Shown: in pieces, positions 1 to 8,245 of the stretch
How positions within the stretch are numbered: position 1 is the first letter of the stretch
How the letters are laid out: each line of letters begins with the position of its first letter
From: Bdellovibrionales bacterium
GTDB taxonomy: Bacteria; Bdellovibrionota; Bdellovibrionia; Bdellovibrionales; UBA1609
Assembly (NCBI GenBank): GCA_965261545.1
Contig: CBDHDF010000010.1
Location: 576,001-640,000, forward strand
Direction of reading: 5' to 3'
DNA: 64,000 nucleotides
The notes under the pieces: generated by a model
What the model was told of the DNA's origin: nothing
What the model saw: only the letters and a program-made list of their open reading frames with translations
Databases searched by the model: none
Made by a program: the position numbers and the translations under genes

Positions 1-302
1 GCATCAAAATTATCTTCACCTTCACTTTTACCTTTCTTACCTTTTGATAATCCAGTGACTCCTAAAGAAGTTTTCAATTGATCTATGAGTTGAGCCTGCT
101 CTCCCAGTGAATCTGATATCTTAGATTCCCACTCCTCATCCTTTACAACCTCTCGAACTTCATGGGCTATTTGTATATTAGGTATATTGAGAACCTCCAC
201 AAGCTTTTTCGTCTCATCCACTGCCACCTCTTGGCCACCCACAGTAAGTATCCACCCCAAAGTCAGTAACACTTCTATTAAGATACATCTCCATAGATTC
301 AT
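1..302 (-). CDS. Hypothetical exported protein, 5' part only (runs off the window)
   Basis: Manual translation from ATG at 302: MNLWRCILIEVLLTLGWILTVGGQEVAVDETKK..., open to base 1. Hydrophobic signal-like N-terminus; GGGGGAG RBS-like sequence upstream. Confidence 0.6.
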   Translation of the reverse strand, partial: MNLWRCILIEVLLTLGWILTVGGQEVAVDETKKLVEVLNIPNIQIAHEVREVVKDEEWESKISDSLGEQAQLIDQLKTSLGVTGLSKGKKGKSEGEDNFD

Positions 303-456
303 GATAGCTCCCCCGCCTTTTCTCATTTTTGAACTGTCAACCCTAAATTGTTTAATGCAAGAATGTCGCCAAGTGAGAACCTCATTTATTTCAAAAGAAG
401 GCATCATGAGTGTTTAGGAATTACACAAAAGACTTATATTTAAACAAATATGTACC

Positions 457-496
457 TTCATGGGGGCGCCTTGCTTCCCCACCCACGCCCATGAAT
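457..496. repeat. 40-bp REP-like palindromic repeat, copy 1
   Basis: TTCATGGGGGCGCCTTGCTTCCCCACCCACGCCCATGAAT, identical to 1813-1852; the ends are self-complementary (TTCATGGG...CCCATGAA). Confidence 0.85.
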
Positions 497-834
497 GTTA
501 TGTATTAAAATAGGATTTATTAATAAATCCAGTATTTTAGACGAAAAAAATTCATAGGAACTATTTAGGGAGTACCGCATTAATTCGAGCAATAAAATTT
601 GCATCCTCACCAAAATCTGTGGGTTAAAGGAGGCTCTCAATCAAACAAATGGGCCTAGAATTTCTAGAAAAAATGCTTGGCTCTGGCTTTGCTAGGTTAC
701 ATTTCTCTTTGCGTCAAATTTTGGACCATTCTGGAAAATTTCAGAAAATTTTGGTGAAAATAGCTACTTTTTCTTGCAAATAGATCACAATCTGTCAGCC
801 TTACCTAGGATGTAAATTATACAAAGGAGCCACT

Positions 835-1722
835 ATCAATCGTATCAATCGTTTATGGTTAGCTTTTGTTTTCTTCCTTTACTCTTTTGTCGTCACGGCA
901 TCTCCATCTAACTCAGATAAATACTATGGTCCTTTCTTGGGTCATTTGCTGTATTCTCCACATATGACAAGTGATGAAGTTAGGTCTCACCTCTACAACA
1001 TACTCACAGGAACCCATGTGACTCACTCAGAGGGGGCTCCTGATATGATCTTTACATCTTGCACACCTGAAACATGCGAAATATGTACTGACAGACATTG
1101 TTATCGGCATATAACAAGAGATTATAGAATCACAAAAAGAATTCTCTTTGATATTGATATCAATGAAGATGGCGAGGATTTTTTCTTTCGCAGCTTTTAT
1201 TGCAAATATGATTTTCACTCTAAAGACCACCCCTCAGTGGCTCCGGGAAAAATTCCCAACTCCTTTAAATTAAATGTGGAACACCTATGGCCACAAAGCC
1301 ATTTCTCAAAACAGCAATCTAAAAAAGAACAAAAAAATGATCTCCATCACTTACAAATTGTCAATATGAGAGTGAACTCAACAAGAGGCAATAGAAGATA
1401 TGGTGAAGTTAAGGAAGTTTCAAAACAAATATGTGAGGGTACTTTTCTTGGAAAAGATCAATCTTCCGAAACTATCTTTCAGCCTCGTTTTGAAAATCGA
1501 GGAAATATTGCAAGGAGTCTTTTTTATTTTTCCATCAGATACCAAGTTGAGATCTCCCCGGAAGAGGAAAACTTTCTAAGGAAGTGGCATAGAGAAGATC
1601 CTGTGGATGCACAGGAGCGGGCACGCCATGAAATGATTGCCTTTTCACAAAAAAACCGAAATCCCTTTGTAGATTATCCACAACTAGAAGATAAGATCCT
1701 CAACTTTGGAAGCTCGAAATAA
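835..1722 (+). CDS. Secreted endonuclease I family (EndA/NucM-type) nuclease
   Basis: Motifs NVEHLWPQS, DLHHL, NSTRGN, RGNIARSLFYF, NRNPFVDYP. The track start is 937 (TTG), but the frame is open from 784, and a signal peptide begins at ATC 835, 5 nt after AAGGAG. Confidence 0.85.
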   Translation: MNRINRLWLAFVFFLYSFVVTASPSNSDKYYGPFLGHLLYSPHMTSDEVRSHLYNILTGTHVTHSEGAPDMIFTSCTPETCEICTDRHCYRHITRDYRITKRILFDIDINEDGEDFFFRSFYCKYDFHSKDHPSVAPGKIPNSFKLNVEHLWPQSHFSKQQSKKEQKNDLHHLQIVNMRVNSTRGNRRYGEVKEVSKQICEGTFLGKDQSSETIFQPRFENRGNIARSLFYFSIRYQVEISPEEENFLRKWHREDPVDAQERARHEMIAFSQKNRNPFVDYPQLEDKILNFGSSK

Positions 1723-1776
1723 AGCTGGTCTTTGATTTTTACTTCTGACTCCTGCTTTGATAACATCTTCATATCC

Positions 1777-1852
1777 GCGCCCCCATGAATGTTACAAACA
1801 TTCATAGTAACATTCATGGGGGCGCCTTGCTTCCCCACCCACGCCCATGAAT
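1777..1852. repeat. Compound REP-like palindrome (19-bp perfect inverted repeat plus copy 2 of the 40-bp repeat)
   Basis: GCGCCCCCATGAATGTTAC (1777-1795) and GTAACATTCATGGGGGCGC (1807-1825) are reverse complements; 1813-1852 equals 457-496. Confidence 0.85.
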
Positions 1853-2004
1853 CTTTCTAGGCCCCCACTTCTTTGCACGAAGCAACTCGGTGGACAGCTT
1901 CGCTGGTCTATATAATTGGCCTCTTTTAGTTACTCTGGACTTTTGATGGTATTTTTGTCATGTATGATTCCGATACAATAAAGGATAAAGCAATAACATT
2001 ATTG

Positions 2005-2191
2005 GAAGGTGATAAGATGAGTGGCCGTTGAATAGATTGGTAATTTTAATTCCGTGAAGTAACATGGTCTTGAGCTTTGGATCGAACCCACGCATGTACC
2101 TGCACTCTGAGTGTATGGACGTATAGTAAGTTGACCTATTTTCGCTTTAGAATTTATGGCAAAATCCCAAGGCTCTAGTTTTATCACCTTC
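2005..2191 (+). ncRNA. Candidate IS110 bridge RNA
   Basis: Lies in the long left non-coding end, closed by an 11-bp perfect stem GAAGGTGATAA / TTATCACCTTC spanning ~187 nt. Guide segments were not identified. Confidence 0.45.
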
Positions 2192-2219
2192 TTTTTTTCT
2201 AACAGAAAGGAGGAGTCAT

Positions 2220-3422
2220 GTGGATATTATTTATAGTTCTGTTTGTGGAATAGATGTTCATCAACATATGTTGATGTGTACGATTGTCAAAGTGGAAGAC
2301 GGTAAGAAGAAGTTTTTCACAAAAGAGTTCAAGAATTTTCCAAAAAATTTTCCTAGAATGCGCTCTTGGATGAAGCCACATAAGGTTGAGAGAGTTCTTT
2401 TTGAGAGCACAGGGATTTATTGGAATTCTTTATACGATGATTTGACAGAAAAAGGTTATGAAGTAGATGTTATCAATGCCTTTCATGTCAAAAATATTAC
2501 TGGTAAAAAAACTGACGTGTTGGATAGCCAGTGGATTGCAGAGCTTGGTGCTTGTGGTCTTCTAAGAGCTAGCTTCATTCCTCCACGTGAGATTCGTTCT
2601 ATTAGACTTTTGGCTCGTTATCGTACAAAAACGATCCGCCAAATATCTTCGGAACAAAATCGTATGTATAAGGTTCTTGAATATTCAGGCATTCGTTTAA
2701 CCTATGCAATGTCTAAAGCTGACTGCGTATCTGGTATGGCCATGATTCGTGCCATAGCTAATGGAGAGAGATCAGTTTCTAAATTGATGTCTCTTGCCAG
2801 AGGGTCTTTACGTCAAAAGACCGAAGAATTTTCTTACGCCCTGTCGGGAAAGATGACGGAAGAAAATCGTTTTGTTCTTCAACGCATTCTTGATCGAATA
2901 GATTTTTTGAAAAAAGAATGCTCTCAAATTGAAGAAGAACTTTTCATTCGTATGAAACCCTATGAAAGGCAGTGGCATCTACTCCAGACTATACCTGGAA
3001 TTGACGAATTAAGTGCAGCGCTTTTGATTGCAGAAATAGGAGGCAATGTGAAGTCTTTTAAAAATAAAGGAAATTTTTGCTCCTGGATGGGGATTTGCCC
3101 ATCCAATAATGAGAGCGCAGGAAAAAAAAAGTCTTCACGAACGAGGAAAGCGAACACATATGTGAAATCGTTGGTATGTGAGATGGCCAATAGTGCTATT
3201 AAGACGAATTCACAATTCAAAGGCAAATACCAATCACTTGTTATAAGGCGTGGGCACAAGAGATCAGTGATTGCCGTTGGTCACAAAATGATGGGAGTTG
3301 TTTATTCAGTCATAAGTAATGACACCCCCTACAAAGACCCTGGAATTGACTATGAAAAGCTCATGGTGAAAAAAAATGCACCAAGGTGGATTAGAGCGTT
3401 AAAAAAGTATGATTTCATGTAA
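2220..3422 (+). CDS. IS110 family transposase/recombinase
   Basis: GIDVH, FESTGIYW, KKTDVLD (DEDD), IPGI hairpin and SNNESAGK serine loop; AGGAGG RBS. Confidence 0.95.
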   Translation: MDIIYSSVCGIDVHQHMLMCTIVKVEDGKKKFFTKEFKNFPKNFPRMRSWMKPHKVERVLFESTGIYWNSLYDDLTEKGYEVDVINAFHVKNITGKKTDVLDSQWIAELGACGLLRASFIPPREIRSIRLLARYRTKTIRQISSEQNRMYKVLEYSGIRLTYAMSKADCVSGMAMIRAIANGERSVSKLMSLARGSLRQKTEEFSYALSGKMTEENRFVLQRILDRIDFLKKECSQIEEELFIRMKPYERQWHLLQTIPGIDELSAALLIAEIGGNVKSFKNKGNFCSWMGICPSNNESAGKKKSSRTRKANTYVKSLVCEMANSAIKTNSQFKGKYQSLVIRRGHKRSVIAVGHKMMGVVYSVISNDTPYKDPGIDYEKLMVKKNAPRWIRALKKYDFM

Positions 3423-3514
3423 TGTAGGATGATTTAAAAACTCGGACATTTGAAAAAATTCGAAGAACGGATAGTGGATTCGTGCGTCCAAACTACCCCG
3501 GAGATTCATAGTAA

Positions 3515-4579
3515 CTATTCATTATCGAGACCTTGATCAATAATGGTCCAGTTTCGAGCGATGAGAGCATTTCGTGCATCCACAGCACTATTGTTGTACT
3601 GTGAATTTCCTCCATGAAACTCAACGTCATCTTGTTGAGAAGTACTGTGAATTTGGTTGAGCAGGTGGCTATACATATCTGTGGGAAGAGTGATGCCTTC
3701 AAGCATGCTTTCCATAGTTGTAACACTGTGAAAATTCCATTGGGCCATATTGGGTTGTGCCACCTGGGCTTCTGAGAATATATTGCTCATGTCTGTGACC
3801 TTGGATGTATCCCAGCGACTGATATCAGGACTGGCAGCTCCTGTATCAGAAAACATATAACTCATATTTGTGACCTTGGATGTATCCCAGAGTCTTACGT
3901 CAGGATTGGCAGTTTCTGTGGAAGAAAACATATAACTCATATTTGTGACATTGGATGTGTCCCAGCGGCTTACGTCGGGATTGGCAGCACCTACATATGA
4001 AAACATATACCCCATGTCTGTGACTTTGGATGTATCCCAATGACTGATCTCAGGACGGACCATTATGGCATTATAAAACATAGAGTTCATGCTTGTGACA
4101 CTAGAGACGTTACCTCCGCTGAGGCTTTCTAAATTCCTACAGCTACTAAAGGCTCTGTTTAAATTTTTCCAACCCACATCACCGAGATCTTTCACAGATA
4201 TGAGTTTAATACTGTATTCGGGGGCAATGTCTTCAAAATTCCAAGCCTCAAGGGTTCCTGAAATGGTCACAGTGTAGTCTCCAGACTCTGCGTAGGTATG
4301 GGTGGTGTCACTGTCATCATGGGTTGTAATTTCGCTGAATGAACCATCTCCCCAATTCACCTTGAAATTATAATTATATCCAGGGGGCAAAGGGAGAACG
4401 ATAGCTTCGTTGTTGTTAGAAGTTCTCCAAATAGAGATAAAAGGAGGAGAGGTAGGACTACTGAAAGAGGATCCATATTGATCTTTTCCATCATTTCCAC
4501 AGCCCAGAAAATTAATGCTGGTGAGACAAATGATAATTAAAGAAAAAGTCCATTTTTTAAAAAATTTTAATTGAATCAT
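3515..4579 (-). CDS. BspA-like / DUF285 repeat surface lipoprotein
   Basis: Lipobox FLGC; PKD-like VNWGDG...HTY segment; ~25-aa repeats of WDTSKVTDMxxMF. Confidence 0.85.
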   Translation of the reverse strand: MIQLKFFKKWTFSLIIICLTSINFLGCGNDGKDQYGSSFSSPTSPPFISIWRTSNNNEAIVLPLPPGYNYNFKVNWGDGSFSEITTHDDSDTTHTYAESGDYTVTISGTLEAWNFEDIAPEYSIKLISVKDLGDVGWKNLNRAFSSCRNLESLSGGNVSSVTSMNSMFYNAIMVRPEISHWDTSKVTDMGYMFSYVGAANPDVSRWDTSNVTNMSYMFSSTETANPDVRLWDTSKVTNMSYMFSDTGAASPDISRWDTSKVTDMSNIFSEAQVAQPNMAQWNFHSVTTMESMLEGITLPTDMYSHLLNQIHSTSQQDDVEFHGGNSQYNNSAVDARNALIARNWTIIDQGLDNE

Positions 4580-4597
4580 GGTTTATTTCCTGACCCG

Positions 4598-4655
4598 GAG
4601 GAGTTAGAGGTTCAAATCTTTAAAGAATGGAACCTCTCACTAAACGAATGCCATG
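4598..4655. repeat. Orphan IS4 terminal fragment (inverted copy of 5380-5438)
   Basis: GAGGAGTTAGAGGTTCAAATC...CTCTCACTAAACGAATGCCAT matches the reverse complement of the IS4 end at 5380-5438 with a few mismatches. Confidence 0.8.
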
Positions 4656-4673
4656 CCCCCCATGGGTGGTGAC

Positions 4674-5066
4674 CTATTGACATTTTTTTCTTAGTTTATA
4701 GCTCCCTTGACTTGCGTCACTTAATTTCAAGTAGAGGCCTTTGTCCCCACAATTTCGCCAAGCACGCTGAGTTATTTTTGTAGGAAAGAAGTCCTCAGGA
4801 CTCCTATTCGCATAGAAGTCCATTCTCATGTAAGCACCATGGCAACTTCTAAAGTGGTTCTTCCCAGTTGTTCTCCAACTTCCACCTTTACCATACCGAT
4901 CATAACACTTTGTATAAACAGGATAATCACGCTTGTTGTCAATACGAATATATCCCCAATTATCTGTATTTGGTCCATCATGTGCCAAGACCATGGTCGA
5001 TATAAGACCCAAATTCATAAAAATAACTATGATAAAAGTTGTCATGAGATGAATAAATAAGTTCAT
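4674..5066 (-). CDS. Small secreted hypothetical protein (4 Cys)
   Basis: 130-aa ORF with signal peptide ending VLA-H; AGGAGG RBS; no family recognised. Confidence 0.65.
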   Translation of the reverse strand: MNLFIHLMTTFIIVIFMNLGLISTMVLAHDGPNTDNWGYIRIDNKRDYPVYTKCYDRYGKGGSWRTTGKNHFRSCHGAYMRMDFYANRSPEDFFPTKITQRAWRNCGDKGLYLKLSDASQGSYKLRKKCQ

Positions 5067-5378
5067 AAAACCTCCTATTGTTATACATTTGCAGTGATCT
5101 GGAAAGTCCGCAGTTTTCGGGCTTATTTCGGAAGATCACGCATAAAGTCTAGAAGTTCCCCCCCTCTTCTTCTTGTGTAAAATTGTTTTGCACAAAGGGG
5201 GACCATCTAGGTTTGATGGTAGCAAAATGGAATGTGCTTTGCAAATGCGAGAAGCTTTTTCTGAGGATATTTAGACCACAAAAAATCTGATAACTGGCCG
5301 TCTCTTTTTTCCGCGAAAGGTCCCTATTTTAGAAAAAGTCTATCCGCCCACGACCTTCCATCATCACCCCCCGCCGCC

Positions 5379-7932
5379 CAATGGCATTCGTTTAGTGAGA
5401 GATCCCATTCGGTTAAGGATTTGAACCTCTAACTCCTCGGGGGTGGGCTAACCCCAAGTTTTTTTCTTTGATCCATGTGATTATCCGTTGGCCATAGCCC
5501 CCCTAACCTCTTTACTGGGTCTCCATACTCCGATGGGTTTTCTAGAAACTCGGTCGTAATGCCTATTCGGACGTAGCCTTTGTCGGCAGGTCTTCATATT
5601 TGTAATGATGCAATTGAGGGTTTTACTAAGCACTACCTTTTGTTGAAGAAAAAGACCTTCAATATTTCTTGCAATTGTCAGTAAATTGTTTTTAAAGTTT
5701 GTCTGCATGGTTTGTTTTTTACTATGGGATTGAGATGTATTAAGACGGTCTTCCGTGTAGTTGGAAAATAATCTTGTCAGAGTGATAAGTGTGAAGTGTG
5801 CAAACAATTCTTGTTTGACTCCCCTTTCACTTTGAGAATGAAACTCTTCAATGGTCATCAGTTCTTTGGATATTTTGTACAGTTCCTCTATACTCCAGCG
5901 TCCATGATAGAGATTGGCCAGATCATCAATGGAATATTTTTTTTGATCCATTAAGGTTGTTCCTAGAACAAAAGTAGTTTGTCCAATTTTATATTTGACC
6001 AAACGCAAAGCGTAGGCTTTGAAGTCGTCTTGTGGCTTTTTTTTATGTAGTTCTTTCAGAATTTGCTTGCTAGAAATGACTTGGATCACTGAGTCTTTTT
6101 GATCATTATTAATAAATTCATCAAAAACAGTGTTGGCATTTCTCCTTATCCTAAACACCGCATGCAGACTTCGCACCTTATGCTCATGAAGCATTTCGTA
6201 GGAATAATAGCCACGATCATAAACCACAACATCGTTTTCAAACAATTTTTTGAAATGAGTTTGTGCAGCCTTTCTCTCATTGTTATGGGCAAAGAGATCA
6301 AAATCCACAGGAATCTTCGACTGTAGTTGGTACAGGCAACTGACAAGACCTTGAGGGTACCATGCTTTTTCCCATGGTTGCTGATACCCATTATCTACGA
6401 GTTGACGTGGTAAATTTATTTTCGATCCATCCACTGCGAAAACCTTATGGCCCTTCCATAAGGTACTAGAATTGGATATACCGTCTTGTTTAAGAATTTC
6501 ATCATGCAAAACTTTAAATATATTTTCATCTACTTTAGCCCGTGCACTACACATAGTGGATGCCCGAACTGGTTTAGGTTGAGGGAGTTCAATGTCTAAT
6601 ATGCGACACTGCTCCCAAAGTTCAATCAAAGTTGTATCATAACCTTGTTTTCCTTTAGAGAAAACAAGTCGGAAGATGAAAAGTATAATCAACAATGTAT
6701 TCAAGACACGTTGACGCTTTTGCCAGGTTCGGTCGTACTCATCTGCAATGATAACCACTGTCTTGATGATGTTTTGCCAAAGATGCACAAAAGAGTCCTC
6801 TAGCATAGGCTCAGCCAAGTTCTTATGTGGCTTGATGGTGGGTTTCCCGACGGGTTTCTTGATAGCGCATTGGGGGCCATTCAATAAGATAGACTGATAA
6901 TTCTTTGTCAGAGGTTGAACATAAACACCTTTTTGAGTTTTTCCCTTTACATTTTTGTAGGCACGACTCCCATTTGTTTTGCCCAAATAAAGCCAGTTGG
7001 CAGCACGATAGCTCGTGGCATTAAATTTGGTAAGGTCGACAAAAGTCTCCATGAGTACAGGTTTGAAAGCATGTTTTAACTCCCAGTCTGTGGGAAGTTG
7101 GCGAGTTGCCATAGATAAAGCCATCGAAGCAAGATGGCGAACCTTTACCCAGGGAAAGATCAAAAATCGACTATTGTTCACCACTAAATTCAAGTGCTTT
7201 TTGTAAGCTCGATTTTGCCAACCGATCCATTCATCACGGCAAGGCAACGTGGATGTGCCAGCTTCAAATAAAAGACAACCCAATCTTCGCCCACAATTAT
7301 CTAAGATGAAATAGCGTAAGTGGGGACCAAAGGGACGTCTGTAATTGAGATAATGATGCCGATCGACAACTTCATTCCATTCCTTAATGGCCTCTTGATC
7401 AGTTACGATTTGCAAAGAAAGTGGGGTCAATGAGTCTAGTTTATCGTTGATGAGAGGCTTTTCATCTGTTCGGTGTGTCCAAGTGATTTTTTTGGAGGGG
7501 ACACTCCGCTTTGACATGTCTTTTTCTGGCAGGGATAGAATGTCAAGTTCCTCTAGCGTCTCAAGCATACGAAGGCACGATTGGATGCGATGATCACCTT
7601 TGGGAGTTAGCCAACCAAGATGCTCACAAACTGTATAACCCAGTTCACGGCGACTTAAAGAAGGAAATAGCGCCACCGTCTTTTGAATGTCGGCAATTTG
7701 CTTGCGCGTCAAGCGTCTTCCAAAAAAAGTTGTTGAAGGCAATGTCTCTATGCGTGGGTCCATTTGAGTCTCTCCCCTTTGGGAATGGTTCAAATATAAT
7801 GTGACACAACGATGGGGTGGACTCAAGTATTTTTTTTCGGAAAAAGAAAAAAGATAAAAGCCCCCTTAACTCAGTATGTTAGAGGGAGTCAGAAAAATGT
7901 GGAAAAATCTTCTGCAAAAACGAATGCCATTG
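5379..7932 (-). mobile_element. IS4-family element encoding a DUF4338-DDE fusion
   Basis: 15-bp perfect TIR CAATGGCATTCGTTT / AAACGAATGCCATTG; 10-11-bp target duplication CCCCGCCGCC(C) on both sides. Confidence 0.9.
5481..7763 (-). CDS. IS4 family transposase with N-terminal DUF4338 (DruA-like) domain
   Basis: C-terminal half: AVDGSK, VYDRGY, YHGRWSIEELYKISK (IS4 YREK signature). N-terminal half: HHYL, RDEWIGW, NNSRFLIFPWV, ETFVD, YRAANW, G.T.G. Likely start ATG 7763 (ORF extends to 7826). Confidence 0.88.
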   Translation of the reverse strand: MDPRIETLPSTTFFGRRLTRKQIADIQKTVALFPSLSRRELGYTVCEHLGWLTPKGDHRIQSCLRMLETLEELDILSLPEKDMSKRSVPSKKITWTHRTDEKPLINDKLDSLTPLSLQIVTDQEAIKEWNEVVDRHHYLNYRRPFGPHLRYFILDNCGRRLGCLLFEAGTSTLPCRDEWIGWQNRAYKKHLNLVVNNSRFLIFPWVKVRHLASMALSMATRQLPTDWELKHAFKPVLMETFVDLTKFNATSYRAANWLYLGKTNGSRAYKNVKGKTQKGVYVQPLTKNYQSILLNGPQCAIKKPVGKPTIKPHKNLAEPMLEDSFVHLWQNIIKTVVIIADEYDRTWQKRQRVLNTLLIILFIFRLVFSKGKQGYDTTLIELWEQCRILDIELPQPKPVRASTMCSARAKVDENIFKVLHDEILKQDGISNSSTLWKGHKVFAVDGSKINLPRQLVDNGYQQPWEKAWYPQGLVSCLYQLQSKIPVDFDLFAHNNERKAAQTHFKKLFENDVVVYDRGYYSYEMLHEHKVRSLHAVFRIRRNANTVFDEFINNDQKDSVIQVISSKQILKELHKKKPQDDFKAYALRLVKYKIGQTTFVLGTTLMDQKKYSIDDLANLYHGRWSIEELYKISKELMTIEEFHSQSERGVKQELFAHFTLITLTRLFSNYTEDRLNTSQSHSKKQTMQTNFKNNLLTIARNIEGLFLQQKVVLSKTLNCIITNMKTCRQRLRPNRHYDRVSRKPIGVWRPSKEVRGAMANG

Positions 7933-8245
7933 CCCCGCCGCCCCTTCTTCGATCGCAGATGGGGGGGCCTTCAATATTAGGCATGGAAATTGAAAATAAT
8001 GGTACCGCAGCGACGTGGTTGTTTTGACACCTGTTAGGTTTATATTCAATTGGTCTTCTAGAGAAAATAAAAAAGTCCCATATTTCAATACCTTATCAAT
8101 AGTTCGTTTAGGCTCTAAATTTGCTCTTATCTAAAGATAAATAATTATATAAATCCATATCATCTCTGTAAATATCATATCAATATCAATTTATGGAGAG
8201 CATTGTAGAATATATTGTAGAGAATAATTGTAGGGGATATATATT

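Larger units (their letters stand above)
1860..3495 (+). mobile_element. IS110-family element (boundaries inferred)
   Basis: DEDD recombinase ORF; ~360-bp left non-coding end; imperfect subterminal IR GCACGAAGCAACT (1876-1888) / AGTGGATTCGTGC (3473-3485); CTA shared at both junctions (1857-1859, 3493-3495). Confidence 0.7.

Noticed and set aside
3700..4110. 75-bp periodic DNA repeats as an array or DGR
   Set aside because: Explained by the in-frame 25-aa DUF285 protein repeats; no RT present.
457..4700. Integron cassette array (GTAAC/GTTAC palindromes, IS110 insertion)
   Set aside because: Genes are not co-oriented, no integrase is present, and the repeats lack a convincing attC R/L box layout.
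5094..5330. c-di-GMP riboswitch upstream of the 130-aa gene
   Set aside because: Hairpins are present, but I could not find the GEMM consensus on either strand.
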